A DNA stretch of 64,000 nucleotides from Dehalococcoidia bacterium (GCA_965203005.1 CBDBBS010000002.1:3686761-3750760), one strand, 5' to 3'; counted from the stretch's first letter, positions 27,234 to 36,155 are shown. The notes: a model not told the origin generated them from the sequence alone. Program-made: numbers and translations.

Positions 27234-27839
27234 ATGGGTCAACTCTTCATTGTGCGCCACGGGGAGACGGTCTGGAATCGCGAGGGCCGCATCCAGGGAC
27301 ACACAGATGTAGCCCTCTCGGAAAGGGGAATCGACCAGGCCAGCCGGCTGGCCCGGCGACTCAGCAATATCAGCTTTGATGCTGCCTACGCCAGCGATCT
27401 TTGCCGTGCCTCCGCTACCGCCTCCCTGATCCTCCAGGGCCGGGACGTTCCCCTGCATCCGACTCCCGGCCTCCGGGAGTATCACAAGGGCGCATTTGAG
27501 GGGATGACGGAAGCTGAGCTGAGGGCGCGTTTCCCAGGAGAGTATCCGAGCTACGTCGCCAAAGACCTCGACTACGCCCCGGAGGGTGGCGAGTCCACCC
27601 GCGAGGTCAGCCACCGGATGACGTCCATAATCTGCGAGATTAAGGAACGGCATCTGGAGGACACCGTGCTGGTCGTGGGGCACGGCGGGTCACTGCGCGC
27701 TGCGATGATGGCCCTCTTGGGAATGCCGCTGGATGCCAATTGGCGGTTCGTTTTCGGAAACTGCACCTTGACCATCGTGGATACCTACCACGACAACGCA
27801 GTGCTTCGCCTGTTCAATGATGGCTCCCACCTTGCTTGA
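27234..27839 (+). CDS. histidine phosphatase family protein (phosphoglycerate mutase/CobC-like)
   Basis: MGQLFIVRHGETVWN (RHG catalytic motif) ... VVGHGGSLRA. ATG at 27234 was chosen. The upstream part of track ORF 27060.. has no family counterpart. Confidence 0.85.
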   Translation: MGQLFIVRHGETVWNREGRIQGHTDVALSERGIDQASRLARRLSNISFDAAYASDLCRASATASLILQGRDVPLHPTPGLREYHKGAFEGMTEAELRARFPGEYPSYVAKDLDYAPEGGESTREVSHRMTSIICEIKERHLEDTVLVVGHGGSLRAAMMALLGMPLDANWRFVFGNCTLTIVDTYHDNAVLRLFNDGSHLA

Positions 27840-27848
27840 TGTGCGATT

Positions 27849-27870
27849 CACCCTTCGACAGGCTCAGGGC
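27849..27870. repeat. repeat family C, single unit
   Basis: CACCCTTCGACAGGCTCAGGGC. Confidence 0.6.
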
Positions 27871-27914
27871 CGCCGGAATTACGGCGGCGCCACTTTAGAC
27901 GGGGGATATTTCAG

Positions 27915-28829
27915 TTGACCAGCGGCAGCGATTCACATCCCGGCCCCTCCACCACCGGCGATCCAATCGGAGCCGCCACAGCCCGGGCGCCCGGCGTCTG
28001 CGGGGTGCTGGCCCAGGGAGTGCTGGGGGACATGCCGTTCTCGGTAACCTGCCCCGTCGACTTTTTCTCCCGCGTCCGGGTGGAGTTGAGCAGCGATGGC
28101 CCAGGCATTGTGGCCACCAGCCACTGCGAAAAGACGGTGGCTGCCGTGCGAAGGACCCTGGCCCATCTCCGCCAGGCCAAGCTGCGAGCCGAAGTGCAGG
28201 TCAACAGCCCGATTCCCCGTGGCAAAGGCTTGGGGAGCAGTACCGCCGATCTGTCGGCGGCGATTGCCGCAACCGCCCTGGCGCTGGGCCGGGAACTGAG
28301 CCCCTACGACATTGCCCAGATCGCTCTCTCCATCGAGCCGTCAGGCGGGGCAATGATGCCGGGCCTGGCGCTGTTCGACCACCGCGCCGGAATGGTGCGC
28401 GAGAGCCTGGGGTCTCCTCCACCGATGGAAATCGTAGCCTTGGACTTCGGCGGAACGCCCGGTTCCAACCTGGACGACCGGACACGACGCTGGCAGGCAG
28501 TCAACGACGGCACCGGCGAGGCCCTGGGCCTGATCCGGCGCGGGATCGCCGAAAACAGCGCTGCGCTGGTTGGGAGAGGAGCCACCGTCGCTGCCAGGGC
28601 GGCGGGCCAGATAGAGTCCCGCCCTAGACTGGAGGAGCTGGACTCGTTCGCCACTTTGGTCGGCGCCGTCGGCGTCAACGGCGGCCAACGCGATGGCGTG
28701 TCGGGGGTGCTGCTGGACGCAACTCAGCGGCGCGGCAAGTCGACCTATATCAAGGCCCGCGAAGCATTCCCCGACGCCGAGACGGTCTACCATTTCCGAG
28801 TGCTCGGCGGCGGCGTTCAGATTGTCTGA
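27915..28829 (+). CDS. pduX: GHMP-family kinase, PduX-like L-threonine kinase
   Basis: APGVCGVLAQG (GELxQG-like), CPVDFFSRV, GHMP motif PRGKGLGSSTAD, and SIEPSGGAMMPGLALFDH. These parallel Salmonella PduX segments CPVDWYSTV and SIEPTDSTVF..LTLFDH. Confidence 0.6.
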   Translation: MTSGSDSHPGPSTTGDPIGAATARAPGVCGVLAQGVLGDMPFSVTCPVDFFSRVRVELSSDGPGIVATSHCEKTVAAVRRTLAHLRQAKLRAEVQVNSPIPRGKGLGSSTADLSAAIAATALALGRELSPYDIAQIALSIEPSGGAMMPGLALFDHRAGMVRESLGSPPPMEIVALDFGGTPGSNLDDRTRRWQAVNDGTGEALGLIRRGIAENSAALVGRGATVAARAAGQIESRPRLEELDSFATLVGAVGVNGGQRDGVSGVLLDATQRRGKSTYIKAREAFPDAETVYHFRVLGGGVQIV

Positions 28830-28910
28830 ATCAGGATTTGCCGGATTTTAGGATTTTCAAGATACTCTCAATCCTGCGAATCCTTTAATCCTGAAAATCT
28901 TGATTCAGAC
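28824..28910 (+). repeat. MITE-like repeat family A, copy a
   Basis: GTCTGAATCAGGATTTGCCGGATTTTAGGATTTT...AATCCTTTAATCCTGAAAATCTTGATTCAGAC. The terminal inverted repeats are GTCTGAATCAGGATT / AATCTTGATTCAGAC. The pduX-like stop TGA lies inside the left end. Confidence 0.85.
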
Positions 28911-28938
28911 AAATACAAGCAGAGAGGACGGCGAGACC

Positions 28939-30009
28939 ATGGCTGAATACAACCTGGCGGTAATCGGCGGTGACGGCGTGGGGCCCGAGGTAATTGCCGA
29001 GGGGCGGAAGGTCCTGGAGGCCCTGAGCTCGTCCGGAGGGCCGTCCTTCCGGTACACCGAGTTTCCCTGGGGCAGCGACTACTACCGTGAGACTGGCCGT
29101 CTGATGCCGGAGGACGGCCTGGAACTGCTGTCCGGGTTTGACGCCATCCTTTTCGGGGCCGTGGGAGACCCGAACATCCCCGACCACATCACGCTCCACG
29201 GCCTACTGCTACCCATGCGCCGGGGTTTCGACCAAGGCATCTGCGTGCGGCCCGCCTACCTGTATCCCGGGGTGACCTCCCCCCTGGCCGGAAAGAATGC
29301 AGGCGACATCGACATGGTCATATTCCGCGAGAACACCGAGGGAGAGTATGCGCCGGTGGGCGGGCGCCTCAACGCCGGAACAGCGCACGAGACGGTTATC
29401 CAGAGCAACGTGTTCACCCGCCGGGGTACCGAGCGCATAATCCGCGCCGCCTTCGAACACTGCGTCCGGCGCAATAAGCGGATGAAAGTCACGTCGGTCA
29501 CCAAGTCCAACGCCCAGTCCTTCGGCATGGTGTTCTGGGACGAGGTGTTCGACGAGGTCGCCTCCGAATTTCCGCAGGTGGAAACCGAATCGCTGCTGGT
29601 CGACCGCGCCTGCATGGACTTTGTGCGCTGGCCAGAGGACTTCGACGTGGTGGTGGCATCCAACCTGTTCGCCGACATCCTTTCCGACATCGCGGCGGTG
29701 GTGTCGGGCAGCATGGGGCTGGCTCCCAGCGCCAACATCAACCCCGGCAGGGAGCACCCGTCGCTGTTCGAGCCGGTGCATGGCGCTGCGTTCGACATCA
29801 TGGGCAAGGGCATCGCCAATCCCATCGCCACCATCTCGGCCGTGGCCATGATGCTCGATCACCTGGGCGAGACTGACGCGGCCGCCCGCGTTGACGCCGC
29901 CGTGGCCCGCTGCCTGGAGGAGCGCCGGGTGGTCACCGCCGACCTTGGCGGCGCCGCCAGCACCTCCCAGATGGGCGACGAGGCGGCAAGACTGGTCCGC
30001 GAGGGGTAA
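28939..30009 (+). CDS. tartrate dehydrogenase / D-malate-type member of the isocitrate-isopropylmalate dehydrogenase family
   Basis: MAEYNLAVIGGDGVGPEV...ILFGAVGDPN...MVIFRENTEGEYA...GSMGLAPSANINP. ATG at 28939. Confidence 0.8.
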   Translation: MAEYNLAVIGGDGVGPEVIAEGRKVLEALSSSGGPSFRYTEFPWGSDYYRETGRLMPEDGLELLSGFDAILFGAVGDPNIPDHITLHGLLLPMRRGFDQGICVRPAYLYPGVTSPLAGKNAGDIDMVIFRENTEGEYAPVGGRLNAGTAHETVIQSNVFTRRGTERIIRAAFEHCVRRNKRMKVTSVTKSNAQSFGMVFWDEVFDEVASEFPQVETESLLVDRACMDFVRWPEDFDVVVASNLFADILSDIAAVVSGSMGLAPSANINPGREHPSLFEPVHGAAFDIMGKGIANPIATISAVAMMLDHLGETDAAARVDAAVARCLEERRVVTADLGGAASTSQMGDEAARLVREG

Positions 30010-30062
30010 GTCGCTCGCTTGGTGTTGCCATTCAGGGTTTCTCAAGGAGCAGTCATCACCCA

Positions 30063-30356
30063 TTGCGTATAATTGCTCGAAAGACTTTGCGAGACTTCTG
30101 GGTGGAACATCCAAGTGCTAGAGAACCGCCACAGGCTTGGTATCGTGAAGTAGAAAGAGAGGACTGGGATACGCCTGCCAGGGTAAGACTCAGATACCCC
30201 ACCGCAAGTATCCTCGCTGGCAATCGTGTGGTGTTCAACATTAAGGGCAATGATTTCAGGCTGGTGGTGCGTATAAACTACCCCTACCGGATCGTTTACA
30301 TCCGTTTCATAGGCACTCACCGCGAATATGACCGCATAGATGCTGAGATGGTGTAG
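30063..30356 (+). CDS. higB: type II toxin HigB (mRNA interferase)
   Basis: MRIIARKTLRDFWVEHP...ASILAGNRVVFNIKGNDFRLVVRINYPYRIVYIRFIGTHREYDRI. Toxin-first order. TTG start. Confidence 0.8.
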   Translation: MRIIARKTLRDFWVEHPSAREPPQAWYREVEREDWDTPARVRLRYPTASILAGNRVVFNIKGNDFRLVVRINYPYRIVYIRFIGTHREYDRIDAEMV

Positions 30357-30358
30357 GA

Positions 30359-30730
30359 ATGGCTGGCGATTTATCACTCCACAACGAGAAGGAACACAAC
30401 GACGCATTGGCGCGCATAAGTGAACTTATGGATGCCAAACCGGGCACCCCCGAGGGATGCGAACTTGACTCGCTGGTTACTGCCGTCGAGGAGTTCGAAT
30501 CGAGAACAGTCGAAATAGGTTTCCCAAGCATCACGGCGGCTATCGAGTTTCGCATGGAGCAAGTCGGCCTGTGCCCCGAGGATTTGATTTCGTGTATTGG
30601 CAGCAAGAAAGAGGTTTCTGAAGTGCTTGACGGGAAAAGAGCCATTACACCTTCGATGGCCCTCGCCTTGCAAGAACGCTTGGGGATTCCAGCAAAGATG
30701 CTGCTCACCAAGCCCGCTGTTTCAGACTGA
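30359..30730 (+). CDS. higA: HigA antitoxin (HTH, XRE-like)
   Basis: 123 aa, 2 nt after higB, with a C-terminal HTH ...SEVLDGKRAITPSMALALQERLGIPAKMLL. Confidence 0.8.
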   Translation: MAGDLSLHNEKEHNDALARISELMDAKPGTPEGCELDSLVTAVEEFESRTVEIGFPSITAAIEFRMEQVGLCPEDLISCIGSKKEVSEVLDGKRAITPSMALALQERLGIPAKMLLTKPAVSD

Positions 30731-30785
30731 ACAAACGCCGGCCAATCCGGCCCGGCTATCCCAGTAGGGAAATCCGAAGCTGCCC

Positions 30786-31406
30786 CTACACCCCAAGCAC
30801 TATCGACGCCATGCGCCGCTCCAGCGCCTGGCCGATCTCCATCGTCAGCTCGGGCCGGGCGTGGTCCCCGATCGTTCCCACGAAGGCAACTCCCAGCAGG
30901 CGTCCGAGCCGGAAGTCCACCACCGTCGACGAGATCAGCCCGGTGGGACCTCCCTGCAGCACGCGAAGCGCCACAGACTCGTCGAAAAAGCCGTCCGTCT
31001 CCAGGCGGTTCGCCGCCACCAATTGATGGCCCTGTCCCACGCTGTCCCCTACGTGGTCCTCGAAGTCCTTGAGGAATATTTCGTGCATCCAGGCGCTGAC
31101 CGACTCGGGGGTGTCGAAGAGATGAACCACCGAGGCCGCCATAAAGTCGAAGCCGTCGCCCATGGCCATGTTCGAGGTCGGGCCCAGCTCCCGCATATGG
31201 CCGGTAACCCGGCCCGCCTCCTGGAACCGCTGGGCGGTGCTTCCGGCAAACCCGTTGCGGGCCAGGCGTTCGTTGTCCAGCTCTCCCTCGCGCACCACCT
31301 GATGGGCCTGGAAGTCGCCGGGAAACTCACCCTTGTCCAGCACCATGTCCTGCAGGATTTCCTCGGTAACGCGATAGGTGGCTCGTGTCAGTGCAGAGGT
31401 CGCCAA
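30786..31406 (-). CDS. hypothetical protein, 206 aa
   Basis: Long ORF with coding-like composition and no recognisable motif. Confidence 0.5.
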   Translation of the reverse strand: MATSALTRATYRVTEEILQDMVLDKGEFPGDFQAHQVVREGELDNERLARNGFAGSTAQRFQEAGRVTGHMRELGPTSNMAMGDGFDFMAASVVHLFDTPESVSAWMHEIFLKDFEDHVGDSVGQGHQLVAANRLETDGFFDESVALRVLQGGPTGLISSTVVDFRLGRLLGVAFVGTIGDHARPELTMEIGQALERRMASIVLGV

Positions 31407-31560
31407 ACCGGTCCTCCGGGATTGTGGAATTGTCCTGGGGGAATGTTCGATGGCCGCAGACTGCCGGAGCTTCAGGGCGGCGGCAGTCCGCTATTCGGCC
31501 AACAGCGTGGGGCCCGCCTTGGCCGGCCCCGCGCGTTGTTGGCGGCATCAGTGTCTATGC

Positions 31561-32619
31561 TTAACCGCAGACCAATGGGTAGATGTGCAGCGAGCGGGTG
31601 GACTCCACTGGCAGCATGCTCTTGCTCCAGGTCTGGCCGCCGTCGGCGCTGCTGTAAATCTCCCCTGAGTAGGCCCCGCAGCTGATGCGAGAGGGAGCGG
31701 CAGAATCGATGGCTACCTGCATCATCCGTCCGGGCGGCACGTCGCCCAGGTCGAGGCGCTCCCAGGTCTCCCCGATGTCGCGGCTGCGGAAGAGCGCTCC
31801 CTCGGGCACGGTGTCGGGAGGAGCGGCGCCACCGCCGGCGCCCGAGGCCAGGTAGATGGTCTTCGGATCGTCCGGGGCCACCGCCAGGTCGCGGCAGTAC
31901 GATCCTCCCACGAACATGTCGTCTACCTGCACGTGCTCCCAGCGGGTCGCCCCGTTCTTGCCGCGGAACATGGCGATCTGCGTGGCGATCTGCACCGTTT
32001 CGTGGTCAGCAGCGCTTACGACCACCTGGTGCAGGTCCAGCGTGTTGTTGCGGAGGTAGGGGCCGTCCATCATCTGAGCCCAGGTCTCTCCACCGTCGCG
32101 GCTGGCCAGCAGGCCGCCCACCTCGATGGCCGCGTAGACGTTGCTGCTGTCCACTGGGTCTACCGAGATGCCGATGACCCGCTTGCCCAGCGGCGGCATG
32201 TAGGTGGTGATGTGGGGGTAGATCACCCCGCTGGTGTCCATCTCCTGCCAGGAGTTCCCGCCGTCCTGCGAGCGGGCGATGGCGCAGGGTTCGTAGCCTG
32301 CAAAGATCGTGTCGGGGTCGGAAGGGTGCGCCGCCAGCGACCAGACCTCCCGGCCACCGGCGGGGTCCGCCAGCCTTTCCCAGCTGTCGCCCCGGTCCTG
32401 GCTGCGGTAGACGCCATCCTGTGTGCCAGCGTATACCACGGCCGGGTTGTCCGGCTTGAGCAGCAGGGCGCGCACCTGCGGATTGCCGGGCAGCCCTGCG
32501 GAGATGTCCTTCCAGTCTTCCTCGCCGTCTGCCTGGCGGAAGACCCCTCCCTCGCCGATAAAGTCCCCCTCACCGGCCATGCCCACGTAGGTGTAAGTTA
32601 GATGATTGGTCGCAACCAT
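31561..32619 (-). CDS. BNR/Asp-box repeat beta-propeller protein
   Basis: Five Asp-boxes (SxDxGxTW): SQDRGDSWE, SQDGGNSWQ, SRDGGETWA, SRDIGETWE, SADGGQTWS. Confidence 0.8.
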   Translation of the reverse strand: MVATNHLTYTYVGMAGEGDFIGEGGVFRQADGEEDWKDISAGLPGNPQVRALLLKPDNPAVVYAGTQDGVYRSQDRGDSWERLADPAGGREVWSLAAHPSDPDTIFAGYEPCAIARSQDGGNSWQEMDTSGVIYPHITTYMPPLGKRVIGISVDPVDSSNVYAAIEVGGLLASRDGGETWAQMMDGPYLRNNTLDLHQVVVSAADHETVQIATQIAMFRGKNGATRWEHVQVDDMFVGGSYCRDLAVAPDDPKTIYLASGAGGGAAPPDTVPEGALFRSRDIGETWERLDLGDVPPGRMMQVAIDSAAPSRISCGAYSGEIYSSADGGQTWSKSMLPVESTRSLHIYPLVCG

Positions 32620-32779
32620 TATCTTTCGCTCCTGTTACGGTCGATTGCTACTTGGATTCTTTGGCCTGAACGAAAGGATGTCAAGTATCGCGGCGCTCCC
32701 GGGGAGCATTTCCCGGTCTCAACTGCGTGATAAAATGAGAAAGGCATGACCTGCTGTAGCTTGCAAACAGAAAACTTCG

Positions 32780-33187
32780 ATGCCGGAAACTGAACGCGGA
32801 AAATATCTCATAGCCGATGCTTGGTCCCTGCATGGGGACGCCCTTGAGATGCTGTCGCAAGGACGGCTCCGCAACGCGGCAGAGAAAGCCTGGGGAGCCA
32901 CAAAGCGCGCCACCGACGCGCTCATCCTGGAGCGCACAGGGCGCGAGCCGATCCGCACGTCGCAGACCTCCAGCGGGTTGAGGGTGCTGGCGCGGCTAGA
33001 CGCTGCGGCTGATTCTTTGTGGTCTCGATTCCGCGGTCAAGTGCGTTATCTCCATTCGGATTGCTTTTATGATGGCGACTGCGAACCCGAGAACGTTTTA
33101 GTTGGCATGATCCACGGCACTGCCGATTATATCCGCGACGTGGAAGCGGCAGTGGACGGCCCGGATTTAGGAATTGAAGAATGTTAG
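32780..33187 (+). CDS. PaREP1-like (HEPN-superfamily) protein, paralogue 1
   Basis: ...GDALEMLSQGRLRNAAEKAWGATKRATDALILERTGREP...LHSDCFYDGDCEPE.... Pattern of the archaeal PaREP1 family (E.GDL..A.EK.W.A ... LH..FY). Confidence 0.5.
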   Translation: MPETERGKYLIADAWSLHGDALEMLSQGRLRNAAEKAWGATKRATDALILERTGREPIRTSQTSSGLRVLARLDAAADSLWSRFRGQVRYLHSDCFYDGDCEPENVLVGMIHGTADYIRDVEAAVDGPDLGIEEC

Positions 33188-33561
33188 CAACAAAGCGAGG
33201 CCAAGTTCTGCTGGCCGAGGCTTGGGAATTTTACGACAAGGCCATCAAATTGCTGGAGCAGGGCGACCTGCGCAACGCGGCTGGAAAGGCTTGGGAGGCA
33301 TCGGAAAAGGCCACCAACGCCATGATTCTGGAACGCACCGGGCGCGAGCCCCACAATGAGAGAGAGACATCCAGAGAGGTGCGTTTTCTGATACTGGAAG
33401 GCGAGGTTTTCAAGGCTTTCAGCTCTCGCTTTGTCGGACAGATACACGACCTGTACGGCGACTGCTACATTGACAACCACTGCGAGCCAGAGGATTACCA
33501 CGAGGAAATGATTCGCAACACCGACAGCTACATCCGCGAAGCGGAGCGGCTGGCGGGATGA
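33181..33561 (+). CDS. PaREP1-like (HEPN-superfamily) protein, paralogue 2
   Basis: ...DKAIKLLEQGDLRNAAGKAWEASEKATNAMILERTGREP...LYGDCYIDNHCEPE.... Clearly paralogous to the upstream gene, with a 7-nt overlap. Confidence 0.5.
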   Translation: MLATKRGQVLLAEAWEFYDKAIKLLEQGDLRNAAGKAWEASEKATNAMILERTGREPHNERETSREVRFLILEGEVFKAFSSRFVGQIHDLYGDCYIDNHCEPEDYHEEMIRNTDSYIREAERLAG

Positions 33562-33627
33562 TGTCGGTGGCGCGCCGACGCTCTCTGCGCTAGTATTTGT
33601 CGCAACTACCGGGAGGGTTACCAGCCA

Positions 33628-34344
33628 ATGAAAAACAAGGTGTATGCCACCATGGACGAGGCGGTGGCTGACATCCCCGACGGCTCCACGATCATGTGCC
33701 CGGGATTCTCGGGCGTGGGCGTTCCCCGCAACCTGCTGGCGGCCGTGAACCGGCAGGGAGCCAAGGAACTGACCTGCATCTCCAACAACGCCGGAACTCT
33801 CGACGAGCTGGTGGACGTGGGGACGCTGGTGGAGGCGGGGCAGGTCAAGAAGATGGTCTGCGCTTTCACTGCCCCGACCCATCCCTCGATGGTCACCCCC
33901 TTTGTCCGCATGTACAACGAGGGCCTGGTGGACGCCGAGCTGGTGCCCCAGGGTACGCTGGCCGAGCGCATTCGCATCGCTGCCTTCGGCATCGGCGGGT
34001 TCTATACGCCCACGTCCGTAGGCACGGAGCTTGCCGAGGGTAAGGAACACCGGGAAATCAATGGCCGCACCTACGTGCTGGAGTACCCCCTCCCCGCCGA
34101 TTACGCGCTGGTGCGCGCCTGGAGGGCCGACAAGTTCGGCAACCTGCAGTTCCGGCTCTCGCAGCGCAACTTCAACCCGATCATGGCCATGGCCGCCACG
34201 ACCACAATCGTCGAGGTCGAAAACGACGTGCTGGAAATCGGGGAGATCGATCCTGATCAGGTACATGTCTCCGGCATCTACGTCGACCGCATCGTCAAGA
34301 TACCCGAAGACGGCATCTGGTCCGGCGCCAAGCCGGGCCTGTAA
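33628..34344 (+). CDS. 3-oxoacid CoA-transferase subunit A
   Basis: MKNKVYATMDEAVADIPDGSTIMCPGFSGVGVP...CISNNAG.... SD is GGGAGGG. Confidence 0.9.
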   Translation: MKNKVYATMDEAVADIPDGSTIMCPGFSGVGVPRNLLAAVNRQGAKELTCISNNAGTLDELVDVGTLVEAGQVKKMVCAFTAPTHPSMVTPFVRMYNEGLVDAELVPQGTLAERIRIAAFGIGGFYTPTSVGTELAEGKEHREINGRTYVLEYPLPADYALVRAWRADKFGNLQFRLSQRNFNPIMAMAATTTIVEVENDVLEIGEIDPDQVHVSGIYVDRIVKIPEDGIWSGAKPGL

Positions 34345-34354
34345 TCGTGGCACA

Positions 34355-34423
34355 CAGGGCGCACGGCTGTGCGCCCCTACGAAAAAACTGACCTAATGGT
34401 AGGGGCGCACAGCCGTGCGCCCG
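34355..34423. repeat. repeat family E, inverted pair between the CoA-transferase subunit genes
   Basis: CAGGGCGCACGGCTGTGCGCCCCTAC ... GTAGGGGCGCACAGCCGTGCGCCCG. Confidence 0.8.
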
Positions 34424-34457
34424 TCCCGTAGCAAGAGACACCCGACGGAGTAGCGAA

Positions 34458-35135
34458 ATGACCGCCGAAAAGACAAAGCTCACCCGCCAGCAAATGTGCG
34501 ACCGCCTGGCCATGGAGTTCCAGGACGGCTGGATCGTGAACCTGGGCGTGGGTATGCCCACCCTCTGCTCTAACTACGTGGACGAATCGAGGGAGATCAT
34601 CAACCAGTCCGAAAACGGCGTCGTCGGCTACGGCCCGCTGGCTGCCGAGGGCGAGGAGGACCGGCACCTGGTGAACGCCGGCGGCCAGCACGTGACCGCG
34701 CTGGCCGGCATGGGCATCGTGCATCACGCCGATTCGTTCGGCATCATCCGGGGTGGCATGATCGACGTTACGGTGATGGGCGCCTACGAGGTGGCCGAGA
34801 ACGGGGACTTCGCCAACTGGCGCATCCCAACGCGCAAGGGTGGAGGCATCGGCGGGGCCATGGACCTGGCGGCTGGCGCCAAGCGCGTCTTCATCGCCCT
34901 GGAACACACCACCCGCGAGGGCGAGCCGCGCCTGCTCAAGCGCTGCAATCTCCCAATCACCGCCCCCGGCGTCGTAAAGATGGTCGTAACTGATCTGGGC
35001 CTGTTCGCCATCACGCCCGAGGGATTCGAGCTGCTGGAGAACGCCCCCGGCTGGAACCCCGAGGAGATCCAGGAGCTGACCGAGGCCAAAATCCACATCT
35101 CCCCCAAACTCAAGGACTTCCGGTTCCGGGATTAG
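34458..35135 (+). CDS. 3-oxoacid CoA-transferase subunit B
   Basis: ...GWIVNLGVGMPTL...QSENGVVGYGP (catalytic SENG motif).... Confidence 0.9.
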   Translation: MTAEKTKLTRQQMCDRLAMEFQDGWIVNLGVGMPTLCSNYVDESREIINQSENGVVGYGPLAAEGEEDRHLVNAGGQHVTALAGMGIVHHADSFGIIRGGMIDVTVMGAYEVAENGDFANWRIPTRKGGGIGGAMDLAAGAKRVFIALEHTTREGEPRLLKRCNLPITAPGVVKMVVTDLGLFAITPEGFELLENAPGWNPEEIQELTEAKIHISPKLKDFRFRD

Positions 35136-35165
35136 TGGGCTGTCACCATTGTATTGATGGGTATA

Positions 35166-35234
35166 CAGGGCAACCACAAGGGTTGCCCCTACCGATTCCC
35201 AACCGTAGTGTAGGGGCGTCCCTTGTGGGCGCCC
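35166..35234. repeat. repeat family E, inverted pair
   Basis: CAGGGCAACCACAAGGGTTGCCCCTAC ... GTAGGGGCGTCCCTTGTGGGCGCCC, between convergent genes. Confidence 0.8.
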
Positions 35235-35290
35235 TTCTGTTTATGAACGTCGGCAGATCGCTTTCACAGTATTCCAGGTAGATTGTGCGG

Positions 35291-36046
35291 CTAGAAATAC
35301 GCCGTGCCGCCGTTGACGTGGATGGTCTGGCCAGTGATGAAGCCGCAGTCGTCGGTGGCCAGGAACACCACGGCGGCTGCGATGTCGTCCACCTGCCCCA
35401 AACGGCCCAGCGGTATCTCCGACGTGTCGGCCATGTTCTGTCCAGGATACCAGGCCAGGTCGCGGCTGGTGTCGATGCGGCCCGGCGAGACGACGTTGAC
35501 CCGGATGTTGCTGGGCGCGAACTCTGAGGCCAGCCCCCTCGCCAAACCGACGATGCCCATCTTGGCCGCCGACACATGCGAGCGCTCCGCCGAGCCGTTC
35601 CAGGCGCCGTCGCCCGTGAGGAACACGATGCGGCCGAACCCGTTGGCCTGCATGGCCGGGATGGCGTTGCGGGCGCAGTAGAACGCTCCGTCCAGCACCA
35701 CGCCGCGCACCCTATCCCATTCGTCCAGGGACAGCTCGGTGAAAGGCTTGTGAGGGCGGATGGCGGCGTTGCTGACCAGCACGTCGACCTTGCCGAACCG
35801 TTCGGCGGCGGCAGCAAACATGGCCTCCACCTGCGCCCGGTCGGCGACGTCGGCCAGCACCGGCAGGGCGTAGACGCCCAGGGCCCGCACTTCCTCGGCT
35901 ACCGATTCGGCCTCTTCCCAGTTGGAACGGGCGTTGACCACCACGTTGGCGCCCTCTCCCGCAAGCTTGAGGGCGATGGCCCGCCCGATGTTCCGCCCCG
36001 ATCCCGTTACCAGGGCGGTTTTCCCTTCCAGTCTTTCCATAAGCAA
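35291..36046 (-). CDS. short-chain dehydrogenase/reductase (SDR) family oxidoreductase
   Basis: TGSGRNIGRAIALKLAGEGANVV (TGxxxxxG), NAA, ...SAAKMG...VNVVSPGRIDT. The usual YxxxK reads HVSAAK, so it is a divergent subgroup. Confidence 0.85.
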   Translation of the reverse strand: MLMERLEGKTALVTGSGRNIGRAIALKLAGEGANVVVNARSNWEEAESVAEEVRALGVYALPVLADVADRAQVEAMFAAAAERFGKVDVLVSNAAIRPHKPFTELSLDEWDRVRGVVLDGAFYCARNAIPAMQANGFGRIVFLTGDGAWNGSAERSHVSAAKMGIVGLARGLASEFAPSNIRVNVVSPGRIDTSRDLAWYPGQNMADTSEIPLGRLGQVDDIAAAVVFLATDDCGFITGQTIHVNGGTAYF

Positions 36047-36075
36047 ACTCTCCGTCAGCTACTCTCTTCACCATT

Positions 36076-36155
36076 GTCCGAATCAGGACTTTCAGGAAAT
36101 TCCCAATCCTGTTCATCCCTGTTCATCCGTTAATCCTGAAAATCCTGATTCAGAC
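36076..36155 (+). repeat. MITE-like repeat family A, copy b
   Basis: GTCCGAATCAGGACTTTCAGGAAATTCCCAATCCTG...TTAATCCTGAAAATCCTGATTCAGAC, in a divergent intergenic region. Confidence 0.8.

Noticed and set aside
33184-34353. 389-aa minus-strand ORF
   Set aside because: It is antisense to the second PaREP1-like gene and CoA-transferase subunit A, and the plus-strand genes have clear family signatures.
35143-35817. 224-aa minus-strand ORF overlapping the SDR gene in another frame
   Set aside because: It is an alternative frame of the SDR gene and of repeat E3. It has a Pro/Arg/Ser/Trp-rich composition and no motifs.
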